The translations under genes were made by a program, and so were the position numbers. This document shows, in pieces, positions 37,501 to 48,168 of a stretch of 64,000 bases of DNA. Positions within the stretch are counted from its first letter, which is position 1. Every line of letters begins with the position of its first letter. The stretch covers positions 95,488-159,487 of the forward strand of contig DAOMOX010000003.1 in the NCBI GenBank assembly GCA_035444565.1. Direction: 5' to 3'. The stretch is from Candidatus Dojkabacteria bacterium. GTDB lineage: Bacteria > Patescibacteriota > Dojkabacteria > B142 > OLB20. Under the pieces are notes generated by a model. The model ran no database searches. It saw only the letters and a list, made by a program, of their open reading frames with translations, and was not told where the DNA came from.

Positions 37501-39456
37501 TTACTTTCTATATAAAATTTCAGATGCTTCTTGAACTTGCTTTAATTGTTCCAGGTTACTAAATCTAGCGATTTTCAAGTTTGGAAGACCCGACTGCTGA
37601 ATTCCGTAAACTTCTCCAGGTCCTCTTCTATTTAAATCGTACTCTGCTATTTTAATGCCATCTGTGTTTTTTGCAAAGAATTCTAGTCTATTACGTACTT
37701 CTTCTTTATTTTCATTGAAATACAACAAACAGCATGCATTTTGATTATTACGACCTACCCTACCCCTCAATTGATGCAACTGGGCTAGTCCAAAGCGTTC
37801 TGCAGACTCAATTATTATGAGATTTGCACCTGGGATATCTATTCCAACTTCTACAACTGTCGTTGAAACAAGAATTTGTGTTTTCCCTTTGGCAAACTGT
37901 TCAATTTTTTTATCTTTTATATCTGCTTTGATTTTCCCATGTATGACATCGGATTGAAATTCATTGAACAGTTTTTCTATAATTGGATATGATTGTTCTA
38001 GGTTCTTAATTTGCATCTTCTCAGATTCTTCAATCGCTGGGAAAATCCAAAATGCCTGCCCTTCATTGTTTACGACGTTCTTTATCCAATCATAAGAGTC
38101 TGCTCGTTTTTGCTCCGGGACCAAAAATGTGCGTATCATTTTTCTTTCCTTTGGTGGATAAATCTTACTTACTTGATAGTCACCAAATAACGTCAATGCA
38201 ACGGTTCGTGGGATTGGTGTTGCTGTGAGCTGAAGGAGGTGAGGAACTTTGTTATTCGATTTAAGTTCAAGAAGCTCTCTTCTCTGTTCAACTCCAAATC
38301 TATGTTGTTCATCAATAATCACCATTGCCAGATTATGAGTCAATTCACTTTTGTGCTTAAGTATGGCATGTGTTCCAATGAGTAATTGACTTTTAGAATC
38401 AAGTTCATTGTAAGTCTCTTTTGTTATCAGACTGATTTTGTATTTCTTATCTAGTAATTTCGAAATGCTCTTATAATGTTGTTGAGCGAGAATCCCTGTG
38501 GGTGCAAGGAAGACGACTTGATACCCATTCTCCAACACTGGTAGCAGTCCCAAAAGTGCAACAATAGTCTTTCCACTACCTACATCTCCTTGTAGAAGTC
38601 TTCTCATAGGATGAGGTTTGCCAATATCGTTATGGATTTCTTCAATTGTTGAATTCTGACTTTCGGTGAGTGTGAATGGTAATTTCGTTTTAATCTTCTC
38701 CATGCTTTTATTATTTAGCGAGATACTGAAAGCTGGTTGTGTTTTTATTTTAAGGCTGTTTTCTATTAATATTTTTTGGATATTAAGTAATTCATCAAAG
38801 CCAAGTCTTCTCCTTGCTTCGGTTATATCTTTACTTTCTTGTGGGAAATGGATAAATTTCAAAGCGTCTGTAAGTTCAAGAAGATTGTATTTCTCTCTAA
38901 TCAGTTGCGGAAGTTGATCAACGAGATCCTCAATTTGATCAATATTATCAATTAGGTATTTAATTTTTACCCTCAACCATTTTGATGTGATACCTTTTGT
39001 AAGAGGATATGCAGGCACGATTCTGCCAATATGAATATTTTCATAATCACCGCTTCTAACAATTTCGTATTCAGGAGAAGTTAATTCAGGTTTTGTGCTT
39101 TTGGGGTTTAATTTACCACTAATAAGTAAATCTATTGGTGGAACTAATGACTTTGTGAGGTACGGTTGGTTAAACCATGTAACATTTAGTTCGACTTCCC
39201 CATCAGTCAGCGTTCCTTTTTGGATAAACTTACCATTTCGAAGGCGAATATTTTTTAATTTTACCAGAGTGGCATTTACGGTCCTCTTCTGGATTTTGTC
39301 CAATTCTGACAACATACCTACAGTGGATGAGTCTTTATAATACGATGGGAAGTAATTTAGGAGGTCCTTAACAGTTTCAATTCCTAATAGGGATAACAGT
39401 GCAGCATATCTATACCCTACACCGGGCAAGCTATTTATATTATCAGTAAGATGCAT
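37501..39456 (-). CDS. recG: ATP-dependent DNA helicase RecG
   Basis: LQGDVGSGKT, DEQHRFG, TATPIPRT, QLRGRVGR, RGPGE. Confidence 0.96.
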   Translation of the reverse strand: MHLTDNINSLPGVGYRYAALLSLLGIETVKDLLNYFPSYYKDSSTVGMLSELDKIQKRTVNATLVKLKNIRLRNGKFIQKGTLTDGEVELNVTWFNQPYLTKSLVPPIDLLISGKLNPKSTKPELTSPEYEIVRSGDYENIHIGRIVPAYPLTKGITSKWLRVKIKYLIDNIDQIEDLVDQLPQLIREKYNLLELTDALKFIHFPQESKDITEARRRLGFDELLNIQKILIENSLKIKTQPAFSISLNNKSMEKIKTKLPFTLTESQNSTIEEIHNDIGKPHPMRRLLQGDVGSGKTIVALLGLLPVLENGYQVVFLAPTGILAQQHYKSISKLLDKKYKISLITKETYNELDSKSQLLIGTHAILKHKSELTHNLAMVIIDEQHRFGVEQRRELLELKSNNKVPHLLQLTATPIPRTVALTLFGDYQVSKIYPPKERKMIRTFLVPEQKRADSYDWIKNVVNNEGQAFWIFPAIEESEKMQIKNLEQSYPIIEKLFNEFQSDVIHGKIKADIKDKKIEQFAKGKTQILVSTTVVEVGIDIPGANLIIIESAERFGLAQLHQLRGRVGRNNQNACCLLYFNENKEEVRNRLEFFAKNTDGIKIAEYDLNRRGPGEVYGIQQSGLPNLKIARFSNLEQLKQVQEASEILYRK

Positions 39457-39459
39457 TTT

Positions 39460-39591
39460 TTAAATACTTAGAACTGCGGAAAGTATTGGTACGACTACTA
39501 TCCCTAGTATGACTACAATCGAAAATATCCATTTCAATAACGTGATATTTTTTTTGTATGATGTTCTTAATATGCTTTTGATTTTTGCCAT
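39460..39591 (-). CDS. Small single-TM protein (43 aa, not in ORF track)
   Basis: MAKIKSILRTSYKKNITLLKWIFSIVVILGIVVVPILSAVLSI fills the tyrS-recG gap. Confidence 0.6.
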   Translation of the reverse strand: MAKIKSILRTSYKKNITLLKWIFSIVVILGIVVVPILSAVLSI

Positions 39592-39598
39592 TTTATGT

Positions 39599-40822
39599 TT
39601 AATCAATAAATTTAATCCAAAATTTCTTCCCTACTCGTAGGAATTGAAGGTTTTTTCGTTCAAATTGTTTATTTATATCAGTTTCAACTTCTCCATTTAT
39701 CTCCACCGCATTCGCTCTGATCAATCTTTTTGCTTCTGCATTACTTTCAACAGAGTTTGTTGATGTAATTATTTCCTTAAGTGTTGGGGTGTCACTTGAA
39801 AAATTTGATACAGAAAAGGTGTCTGTTGTCTCAGGTGCTAAATTATTTTGTACGGTATTGGTGAAGAATTGCTCTGCTCTCTTAGCAAGTTCTTCACCTT
39901 CGTGAATTTCGGTGATTTCATAAGCAAGTTCTTTTTTAATTTTCATCGGATCATTTTCGGTTTTTAGGCGATTTTCAATAACTTCAATTTCTTCGAGAGT
40001 TTTGTTTGTAGCAAGTTTGTAGTAATGGATGATTAAATCATCAGGAATGCTCATCACCTTAGCATACTTCGTTTCAGCACTATCGTTTATGAATATGCAG
40101 TTTCCGATGCTCTTGCTCATTTTATTAACACCATCCGCAGAAAGCAGGAAGTGTGTTGTTAGAACGAACTTGTCTTTGTTCTTGTATGCTTTCATCAACG
40201 TCCTGCCCATTAACATGTTGAAGGTTTGATCTCTTCCTCCGAACTCACCATCAACCTCAAGTTCCACAGAATCATAACCCTGGATAAGAGGATACAGGAA
40301 TTCATGAAGAAAAATTGGCTTATTACTTTTTATCCTTTCGTCGAACATATCCCGCTCAAGCATTTGCTGGACTGTGGTGTGAGATGCGAGTTTAATAACG
40401 TCACTTAAAGATAGTTTCTCATTCCATGTAGAATTAAATACAATTCGAGCAGGATTGTCAGAACCTTCAAAGTCGATATATTTTGCAATTTGCTTTTGGT
40501 ATTCTTTGGAATTTTCTTCGACTTCTTCTTTTGAGAGCAATTTACGTGTTTCCGACTTATCTGTTGGGTCCCCTAGTCTTGCAGTGAAATCCCCTACTAA
40601 AAATATAATTTCATGACCCATTTGTTGCAATTCCTTAAGCTTGAGAATTGGAATCAAATGTCCAAGATGCAGGTTTGGTCCAGTAGCATCAGCACCTATG
40701 TAGAATTTTAATCGTTCGCCTGATTCCAATCTCTTCCTAAGTTCTTCGGAGGATGGATAGATTTGATCTATCTTGTGATCTAGGAATTTATTAATACTAT
40801 TTGAATCTGTATTTATTTGCAT
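39599..40822 (-). CDS. tyrS: Tyrosine--tRNA ligase
   Basis: HLGH, YPLIQGYD, GGRDQTFN, KMSKS, S4-like C-terminus. Confidence 0.96.
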   Translation of the reverse strand: MQINTDSNSINKFLDHKIDQIYPSSEELRKRLESGERLKFYIGADATGPNLHLGHLIPILKLKELQQMGHEIIFLVGDFTARLGDPTDKSETRKLLSKEEVEENSKEYQKQIAKYIDFEGSDNPARIVFNSTWNEKLSLSDVIKLASHTTVQQMLERDMFDERIKSNKPIFLHEFLYPLIQGYDSVELEVDGEFGGRDQTFNMLMGRTLMKAYKNKDKFVLTTHFLLSADGVNKMSKSIGNCIFINDSAETKYAKVMSIPDDLIIHYYKLATNKTLEEIEVIENRLKTENDPMKIKKELAYEITEIHEGEELAKRAEQFFTNTVQNNLAPETTDTFSVSNFSSDTPTLKEIITSTNSVESNAEAKRLIRANAVEINGEVETDINKQFERKNLQFLRVGKKFWIKFID

Positions 40823-40890
40823 ATGATTTATCTATCAATCATTTGATTATAGGCATGTCAGCTTATAACTTCAAGTAAATGAATTTTGAA

Positions 40891-42717
40891 CTAAGTTTTT
40901 GATTTTAATTCGAGTTTAGTGAGATTTTCAAACTCTTTAATATATTCTGAAATTGGTTCTAACCCTTCCTCCCAAAAACTTTGTCGATGAATGTCGACAT
41001 TAAGCATTTTTATCAATTCGTTTAATTCTAGAGAACTACCTTTTTTTAATACTTCGATATATTTATTCGTGAAATCATCTCCATCATCAAGGTAATGACC
41101 ATATAATGCATTACTCAATGATTGTCCGAAAGCGTATGAGAAAACATAAAAATTGTAATGATAGAAATGGGCAATTGCTATCCACCAATATTTATGTCCT
41201 TCGGACAACTTTAAACCTTCTCCAAACATCGGTTGTAAGAATTTTTGGAAATTATCGCTGAATTCATCTACGCTGAGCTCACCTTTTTCTCTCCTGAGTT
41301 TATGTAGTTCTGATTCATACAGATAAAAAGCATTCTGTCTGAAAATCGTAGCGAAGATTTCTTGTAATCTACCGCCGAGTAAATTTATCTTTTGTTTATT
41401 GTCATGGGTTGATTCGAAAATTTTTCTAAAAACGAGATTTTCGCAGAAAATGCTCGCAATCTCAGCGAATGGAGTCACAGGCCAAAAGTTTAATAATGAT
41501 TGCTCTCTACTCAAATATCCATGTATAGCATGCCCAAGTTCATGAGCTAAAGTTCGTACATCGTTCGCCTTTCCAGTAAAATTTGTAAGTATGTATGGAT
41601 TTTTTGTAGGAACAGTGTATGCGCAGAAAGCACCTGATTTCTTGCCTTTTGAAAGTTCTGCGTCAATCCAGTTATTGTCGAAAAATTTTTTCGCGATTTC
41701 GTAAAAAACAGGTGAGAATTCCATAAAAGCGTTTAAAATTAAATCTTTAGTTTCTTCATATGTATAAACTGGTTCTTCAACCTCAGGATAAATGATTGAA
41801 TAGCGATCCCATTCAAAAAGTTTTTTTCCAAGTATCTTGCTCTTCGTTTTATAAAACTTCTCACTCAGGTCATAGTTTGCCTTAATGGTATCCGTCATTG
41901 ATTCAACAGTTTTGGCATCAACCTCATCGCTTAGGAATGTGGATTCCTGAGTGAATTTATAACTTCGAATATCATCTGTAATTTTTTTGTCATGTACTAG
42001 GGTGTTCAAAATAAAGGCAAACGTACGTGCGTTCTTTTTATAGACACTTGTGATCGATTTTGCAGAAGATTCTCTAAGCCCTCTATCTTTATTGCCAGAA
42101 AGAATATTCGTTATTTCAGAATAGTTGTAATTCTTGATCTTGTTATCAATCTCTAATGGGAATTCAAGCTCTGCACTAATTTGATCATAAAGTCTTATAA
42201 ATGCACTTGCACCAGTTTGATTCTTTTTATTAATAATTATTTCCTCGTTTTCTTTTAATGTATGGCTTTTAAACTTCAGGATTCTTGTAAGGAATTGTTT
42301 ATAATTTTCTAATTCAGGACTTTCAAGATATTTGTTAATTGAGTTCTCTGGGATTTCGAGGATTTCTAACTCAAAGAACATCAATTTATTAGAGATTGTA
42401 TTCGTATACTCATCCGCTTTTTGATAGAAGTGATTAATCTTATCCGTGACCGAATCTTTTGCCTGAAGTAAACCGGCGAAGGATCCATATGAGGCAACAG
42501 AGGTGAGAATATCTTCGTATAAAATTATTGACTCTTTCAATTCAAGGGGGGTAAGTTTTCCCTCTGAGATTTTACCCCTGTAGTTTTTTTCAAATTGATT
42601 AGATTTGATGTCGATTTCTTTCAGGTCTTGTGTAATTCTGGGGTCGTCTATACCTTTATATAGATTGCCTAAATCCCACACTACTCCCTTGGCCAGATTT
42701 AATTCGGATTTCTTCAT
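40891..42717 (-). CDS. pepF: M3B oligoendopeptidase F
   Basis: WDLGNLY, GKKSGAF, HELGH, AEIAS, FYVFSYA. Confidence 0.92.
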   Translation of the reverse strand: MKKSELNLAKGVVWDLGNLYKGIDDPRITQDLKEIDIKSNQFEKNYRGKISEGKLTPLELKESIILYEDILTSVASYGSFAGLLQAKDSVTDKINHFYQKADEYTNTISNKLMFFELEILEIPENSINKYLESPELENYKQFLTRILKFKSHTLKENEEIIINKKNQTGASAFIRLYDQISAELEFPLEIDNKIKNYNYSEITNILSGNKDRGLRESSAKSITSVYKKNARTFAFILNTLVHDKKITDDIRSYKFTQESTFLSDEVDAKTVESMTDTIKANYDLSEKFYKTKSKILGKKLFEWDRYSIIYPEVEEPVYTYEETKDLILNAFMEFSPVFYEIAKKFFDNNWIDAELSKGKKSGAFCAYTVPTKNPYILTNFTGKANDVRTLAHELGHAIHGYLSREQSLLNFWPVTPFAEIASIFCENLVFRKIFESTHDNKQKINLLGGRLQEIFATIFRQNAFYLYESELHKLRREKGELSVDEFSDNFQKFLQPMFGEGLKLSEGHKYWWIAIAHFYHYNFYVFSYAFGQSLSNALYGHYLDDGDDFTNKYIEVLKKGSSLELNELIKMLNVDIHRQSFWEEGLEPISEYIKEFENLTKLELKSKT

Positions 42718-42752
42718 TTGAAAATTATTAATTTCAGAATTATAACAGAATG

Positions 42753-43445
42753 TTAATTTTCACTTCCAAAGTGAATAACGGCGAGGCATGTATTCTCGTA
42801 TGAGGATATGTTTATCTCACATAAATATGCAAATCCCATATGTTGGTTCCTATTATCGAGCATTGCTCTGTTGTGACTAGGACTCTCCTTCCAACCTCTG
42901 ATTATAGAAGAGCTTGAATAGTAATTTACGGCTAGGTTTTCTGAGGCATATTTGAATTTATATCCTGCGTCACTAATAAATAACCAAGGATTACCGTGAT
43001 CAAAATAATTATTTGTGACCATGTGATTCGCCTTATTCAAGGAGCTAGTTTCAAGCCTCGAGTCTACTACGACTTCTTCTAGACCTTTAGATTTCCTGTA
43101 TTCATTTACCAAAGTATAAATTTCACTTTTGTCTATAGAAACAGGATTGTTTTGAACGATTGTATTAGTAGATTTCTGTGCAGAATTATTTTTAACTTGC
43201 GCAATATTGTCTGGGTTGTTAATGGGTGTTGGTGTTAGTGTAACTGAATTATAAATGCCAAGGATTTCGAGATTAGGTCTATTGCCATGTGCAGTAATTT
43301 CGGTATTATCTGAAGTGATGTTAGCATAAGATTCGACTTTCGATTGATAGAATTTCACAAGTGCGGTTGTAAGCCCAAGTGTGAAGAAATACAAAAGCAA
43401 AAACACAATAATTATTTTCTTCTTTTTTGTTTGGTCAACGTACAT
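42753..43445 (-). CDS. Membrane-anchored CAP/SCP domain protein
   Basis: N-terminal TM, VNEYR, YFDH, ENLA, WKESPSH. Confidence 0.9.
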   Translation of the reverse strand: MYVDQTKKKKIIIVFLLLYFFTLGLTTALVKFYQSKVESYANITSDNTEITAHGNRPNLEILGIYNSVTLTPTPINNPDNIAQVKNNSAQKSTNTIVQNNPVSIDKSEIYTLVNEYRKSKGLEEVVVDSRLETSSLNKANHMVTNNYFDHGNPWLFISDAGYKFKYASENLAVNYYSSSSIIRGWKESPSHNRAMLDNRNQHMGFAYLCEINISSYENTCLAVIHFGSEN

Positions 43446-43457
43446 TTGAATTATCTC

Positions 43458-43676
43458 CTATGAAATAAATTCGAATCGTGGCTTCTTTTTTCCTTCTATT
43501 TCCACCTCTTCCAAAAACATATCCAAAGGTCTGACCCATAACTGGGAAGTTTCGTTTTCATAAAGTGAAATGTAAACAACTAAATCTTCCAATGATTCGC
43601 TGTGCTTGGCTAATCCAAGAGCAAGGTATTTCTTGCCTTTATAATGTCGATATTGACCGGGGACAAATTTTCTCAT
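43458..43676 (-). CDS. DUF1653-family protein
   Basis: YRHYKG, HSESLEDLVVY, WVRPLDMF, PRF; start ATG 43676. Confidence 0.88.
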   Translation of the reverse strand: MRKFVPGQYRHYKGKKYLALGLAKHSESLEDLVVYISLYENETSQLWVRPLDMFLEEVEIEGKKKPRFEFIS

Positions 43677-43772
43677 CTGGAAATAATAATATTTAATATT
43701 ATACCCATTTATCAAGTCTTAATAAAATCTTACTTTTAACTTTCGACTGTGATAACATCAATTGATTAATAT

Positions 43773-44795
43773 ATGCACTTGGTTAGCGTAGTAAACGACA
43801 GGTATTCCTACTTAGATAACTCTAAAGATTACGAGTTGAATTTTCTACAATCTTGGGAATGGGGAGAAATAAAAAAGCCAAATTGGGTTCCACTAAGATT
43901 AAAGATTGATAATTATCCTCTAACAGTATTATTGAAGAAACTACCTTTAGTAAATAAGCAATTTGGCTATATCCCACGTGCATTAGGATCCGCGAGATTT
44001 GATAATAATCAATTTCAGGAGCTCGAGAAATATTTAAAAAATGAGGCAGGATTAAGCCACATTCTACTTGAACCAGATACTGCAAGCGTAGAAGCAAAAC
44101 AGAGACTATTAGACTTAGGTTGGGTTAAGGCAGGACACACAATTCAACCCCAAAACAGCAATGTCATTAAGTTGGATGAAGGTGAAGAAGCTGTATTCTC
44201 TCGTATGTCTGGTAACTATCGTAAGAAAATCCGTAGAGCAGTCAAACATGGTTGTGAAGTTGAGGTATTAACTTACGAAAATGATAAAAATGCTGTAGAT
44301 AGATTCTTTAAAATCATGGACGAAATATATCATCGAACAAAATTTATTATGTCCGGAAAATATTACTTTGAGAAAATTTGGGAAGAATTTGGTCCTATTG
44401 AAAAAGCGAAAATACTAGTAGTGAAATACGATGGAAACGATGTAGGTTCAATTATGTACCTTTATGATGAAAAGGTAGCATATGAGCTCTACGGTGGAAC
44501 CGGTCAATCAGGGAGGTCTATAATGGCGAACTATTTATTGAAATGGGAAGGTATAAAACATGCAATCAATCTAGGTAAGAATTCCTATGATCAATGGGGT
44601 GTTGCCCCGAAAGTTGATGGTGTATATGAACATAAACATCCACTTTCGAGAATTTCGGAGTTTAAAGCAGGGTTTGGTGGTGAAGATGTTGAATATCTTC
44701 CTCAATTTGTGAAAGTGTTCAATCCCCTCACCTATTTTTATTATAGAGTTGGCTTGTTTGTGAGCAGATTGAAGCTTAAGTTAAAGAAATTATGA
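43773..44795 (+). CDS. FemABX-family peptidoglycan bridge aminoacyltransferase
   Basis: FLQSWEWG, YIPR, YLLKWEGI, YDQWG, FKAGFGG. Confidence 0.9.
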   Translation: MHLVSVVNDRYSYLDNSKDYELNFLQSWEWGEIKKPNWVPLRLKIDNYPLTVLLKKLPLVNKQFGYIPRALGSARFDNNQFQELEKYLKNEAGLSHILLEPDTASVEAKQRLLDLGWVKAGHTIQPQNSNVIKLDEGEEAVFSRMSGNYRKKIRRAVKHGCEVEVLTYENDKNAVDRFFKIMDEIYHRTKFIMSGKYYFEKIWEEFGPIEKAKILVVKYDGNDVGSIMYLYDEKVAYELYGGTGQSGRSIMANYLLKWEGIKHAINLGKNSYDQWGVAPKVDGVYEHKHPLSRISEFKAGFGGEDVEYLPQFVKVFNPLTYFYYRVGLFVSRLKLKLKKL

Positions 44796-45268
44796 GAATT
44801 CTGCTTTTTACCGAAGGCACAATTTTGATGCATTCGTCTGCACAGCAAGCGTCACGTGAGGAAAGAGTAAAACAAGTTTTGAATAATGAATTTTCTGTCA
44901 AAGATTTTGCTAATTATGTACCAATTTCCCAAGCAAATAAAAAGTTGAAAACATGGGCTAATGCAGGTGCTGAGATTTACTATTTAACTTCAAGAACGGG
45001 TGATCAAGTTGATAAAATATCAATTGTACTAAAAAAATATAATTTTCCGAATCCTGAAAATCTAGCATATCGAGTTGATAAGGAAGAATATTCTGATGTT
45101 GTTAAACGAATTCAACCTACAATACTGATAGAAGATGATTGTGAAAGTATCGGAGGTCAATCAGAAATGATCTCGCCTACTCTTCCAACTGGAATTCGAA
45201 CAATTATTATAAAAGAATTTGCAGGTATTGATAGTTTGCCTGATGTTCCTGATATGATGTTGGTTTAA
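44792..45268 (+). CDS. HAD-like hypothetical protein
   Basis: FTEGT, YLTSR, ILIEDD resemble HAD motifs; catalytic Asp absent. Confidence 0.6.
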   Translation: MRILLFTEGTILMHSSAQQASREERVKQVLNNEFSVKDFANYVPISQANKKLKTWANAGAEIYYLTSRTGDQVDKISIVLKKYNFPNPENLAYRVDKEEYSDVVKRIQPTILIEDDCESIGGQSEMISPTLPTGIRTIIIKEFAGIDSLPDVPDMMLV

Positions 45269-45305
45269 TTAGTCAAATGGATAATTCAATAGAAATCAAT
45301 TTTAG

Positions 45306-45989
45306 TTGCTTATGATGGAATTAAATTCGGGACTTACAATTATAGATGGGGATAGAACAAACCTTGGAATCAAAACTGAAAATGTTGGGACTATAACATC
45401 GTGGGAAAGTAAGGGGCGTCCGCCTTTGACAAGCCGAGTGGTTAACAAATTAAAAGGGGTAACACAACTTCATACACCCACAATCGTTGATGCGATTAGA
45501 AAGGTTCCTGGAATTGAAAATGCAGTTGTAGTGGGGGCTGATATTGAACATCTGACAGTTGGAAATGGAATGGTTATAGTCCCTGTACCAGATGGAGTCG
45601 TTGCAATGGTTGCCATTATTAGGGATGCAAAATTCGCGAATCAAATTAAGGTTGCCCTATATAATGAAGTAGAAGGATTCACTAGAGTAGCATTTGAGGA
45701 TTTTGTTAATTCCTTGAAAGAATTAAATCCAATAAATGTGAATTTGGGAATGTTTGGGAAACCACCTTCTGATGAAAAGGAATTGGGAGAGTCTTTTCCC
45801 CGAGGATTGGAATTTTACCGAGAGAGTATTTATAAAATTATTCCGTCAATTTCAACTACTAGATCTATGAACATAGTGGATCAGTTAGGCCGAACAAATA
45901 AGCGGAGAAACGAGGGATATTGTGTAATAGCTTCCACTAATGATTTTGAAGGATTAGACTTTGTAACTATATATAACCCATATGATTAA
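45306..45989 (+). CDS. Hypothetical protein
   Basis: 227-aa ORF; no motif recognised. Confidence 0.6.
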   Translation: MLMMELNSGLTIIDGDRTNLGIKTENVGTITSWESKGRPPLTSRVVNKLKGVTQLHTPTIVDAIRKVPGIENAVVVGADIEHLTVGNGMVIVPVPDGVVAMVAIIRDAKFANQIKVALYNEVEGFTRVAFEDFVNSLKELNPINVNLGMFGKPPSDEKELGESFPRGLEFYRESIYKIIPSISTTRSMNIVDQLGRTNKRRNEGYCVIASTNDFEGLDFVTIYNPYD

Positions 45990-46399
45990 TTTGGATTATT
46001 CTTCAAATAATGTTGCATCAATTTTATATCCTCAAAATCCTTCTCTCTTCCTAATTCTCTTTTGAATTTTATAAATTCCTCAAGTTTTATAAATGGGAAA
46101 CCTTTTATTAAGTCTGCACTTTCTATCAAATATCTTGTATCTCCAATATAGTTTCCAAACATAAAGTTCGGAAGAATATCCACATTATCCTTATTTAGCA
46201 TCAATCTACTTGTACGAAGACATTCCTCGCATCTACATTGTTCGTATCCTGAATCAAGAAGTTGTTGATATAGTTTGGGTGTTACCAAGATATCAAGGTC
46301 GTTTGATTTACGAATCCCATGAGCTTCCATGGCTCCACCGACCACCACATATTGTCCTATTGGCAAATCTAGTTCTTTTAATTTTTTATAGATATTCAT
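45986..46399 (-). CDS. Nucleotidyltransferase-like protein
   Basis: VVGGA..HGIR...DLDILV, GREKDFEDI; ATG 46399 overlaps upstream stop (ATGA). Confidence 0.75.
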   Translation of the reverse strand: MNIYKKLKELDLPIGQYVVVGGAMEAHGIRKSNDLDILVTPKLYQQLLDSGYEQCRCEECLRTSRLMLNKDNVDILPNFMFGNYIGDTRYLIESADLIKGFPFIKLEEFIKFKRELGREKDFEDIKLMQHYLKNNPN

Positions 46400-46680
46400 G
46401 GTAAAAATTGAAAAATAGGCCAAAGTAGTAACGACAACAAAGTAATGATACCTATTACACCTGTCCTCTCCTTACTCAGTACAAAAGTCGCTCCGATAAT
46501 ACCAAATATTTCAAGCGGAAGTGTAACATAATTACAATATTGACCACACCATTGGTGATTTCTGTGAAAGATTTCAGTAAGATCGTTATTTAATTCCAAT
46601 ATTTGAACAACATCTCTTATTAGGTGATAACAAGAGAAAACTAGAATGATTGCAAAAATAGTGCGAATTGCCTTTTTCAT
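46396..46680 (-). CDS. Small membrane protein
   Basis: Three hydrophobic segments, YHLIRD and WCGQYC. Confidence 0.65.
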   Translation of the reverse strand: MKKAIRTIFAIILVFSCYHLIRDVVQILELNNDLTEIFHRNHQWCGQYCNYVTLPLEIFGIIGATFVLSKERTGVIGIITLLSLLLWPIFQFLP

Positions 46681-46739
46681 GATGATATTTTAACTTAATA
46701 CCATCAAAATTAGTAATAAAGTATATTCTATGAAGGAAT

Positions 46740-46991
46740 TTAAGTAAGATCATTTAGTTTCCCAAGTAATGCTTCTTTCAATCCACCCTGACCTCTTCTT
46801 GATCTTCTCTTTAATAAGTCTTGGTGAGTTTTCATGTAGTCACCTCTTTGATAGTTTTTTTCTATAAACTCAATAGCATTTGGATTATCTGCATAAAAAT
46901 CTCTAAGAGCCTCTACAAACGTATCGTCCCCTTCTCCATTCATAATGACACCGTAATGTTGTGGCAAGATTCCAAATGGGATTTCTGACAT
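46740..46991 (-). CDS. Hypothetical protein
   Basis: 83-aa ORF co-oriented with neighbours. Confidence 0.5.
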   Translation of the reverse strand: MSEIPFGILPQHYGVIMNGEGDDTFVEALRDFYADNPNAIEFIEKNYQRGDYMKTHQDLLKRRSRRGQGGLKEALLGKLNDLT

Positions 46992-47000
46992 GATAATAAT

Positions 47001-47651
47001 TTATTCAAACTTTAATAATTTATAAACTTCTTTGCCCGACTTCACAACAACATCAGCTAAAGAGAAATCTTGATGATTCGTGTGTTCATTTGGGATAGCA
47101 ATACAAATCATCCCTGCTTTTTTTGCGGATTCGACCCCTAGTGCAGTATCTTCTATCGCAACACAATACTTAGGTTCTATTCCTAAATTTTTCGCTGTTA
47201 GGGCATATGGTTCGGGGTCAGGCTTTAAACTATTACAATCCTCCTGAGTAACTATAACATTAAAAATATCTCCTATTCCGACCTTATTTAGCATGAGCAT
47301 TGTACCATCTCTCCCAGCAGAAGTCGTTATCGCTATTGGTATTTTTTTGTTATGTAGAGTTTTGATTAGTTCAAGGGTGTGTTCAAAATATTCTGCTTCA
47401 TCAAGATGTTCGTAGAAATAATCATTTTGGATTTTTCTATATTTATCAATATCGAAATCATACTTGTTTTGAAAATAAGATTTATATACATTGAAACTTC
47501 TTCCAGTAATCTGAGGGATATCTTCATCTTGTAGCTCGAAGCCAAGCATTCTAAGGGCATATCTAATCGATTTAATAACTAAACCTTCTGTGTTAATTAT
47601 CACACCGTCTCGATCGAAGATTACTGCTTGTATCTTTAGAGATTGGCTCAT
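47001..47651 (-). CDS. HAD-family phosphatase
   Basis: FDRDGV, TTS, KPDPEPY, IEDT..GVESAKKAG. Confidence 0.92.
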   Translation of the reverse strand: MSQSLKIQAVIFDRDGVIINTEGLVIKSIRYALRMLGFELQDEDIPQITGRSFNVYKSYFQNKYDFDIDKYRKIQNDYFYEHLDEAEYFEHTLELIKTLHNKKIPIAITTSAGRDGTMLMLNKVGIGDIFNVIVTQEDCNSLKPDPEPYALTAKNLGIEPKYCVAIEDTALGVESAKKAGMICIAIPNEHTNHQDFSLADVVVKSGKEVYKLLKFE

Positions 47652-47742
47652 ATATTTGTAAGAATTTGATGAGTGAAGTATGTACTAAACAATTTTTATA
47701 AGGAATGGCTGGCTTTCTCGGACTTAAGCTCTAAGAATAATG

Positions 47743-48094
47743 AGCATCTTCGTTTATAGTGATCATAAATTAGGCAAAATGAAGATTATGTAAAACATAC
47801 TCTAGTCATTTTGCACTCTCGAGTCTTGTTTCTATTCGACTTCACTTCGTTTGTCTCATAGACAAGATCGGAGCAGCGCAAGGCTGTTCCCGACAACGGT
47901 AAAGTTCGTCTTCACTTCGTTCGACTCACTAATTGTTTCGTAAAGGCGCAGCAAGCTGCATCCTCATTCTACTTTATTAAACGGAGGCAAAAAGAATATT
48001 TTGTAAAACAAAATCTAATCTTTTTGCACTCTCGCCAGTGTATTTACTCGTAAACTCGTAAACACTCGCGGAGAGCATGGAACTTCGCTCGAAC
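47743..48094. repeat. Degenerate ~213-bp tandem repeat with nested hairpins
   Basis: 50-nt blocks 47772-47821 and 47985-48034 (AGGCAAAA...TGTAAAACA...TTTTGCACTCTCG) are similar; each is followed by palindromes. Confidence 0.7.
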
Positions 48095-48168
48095 TTTTTT
48101 TCTTAAGTATCCGCAGATAAAGATACAAATACCTAATGTCTCTTTCAATTATATTAAAGGAAAACACA

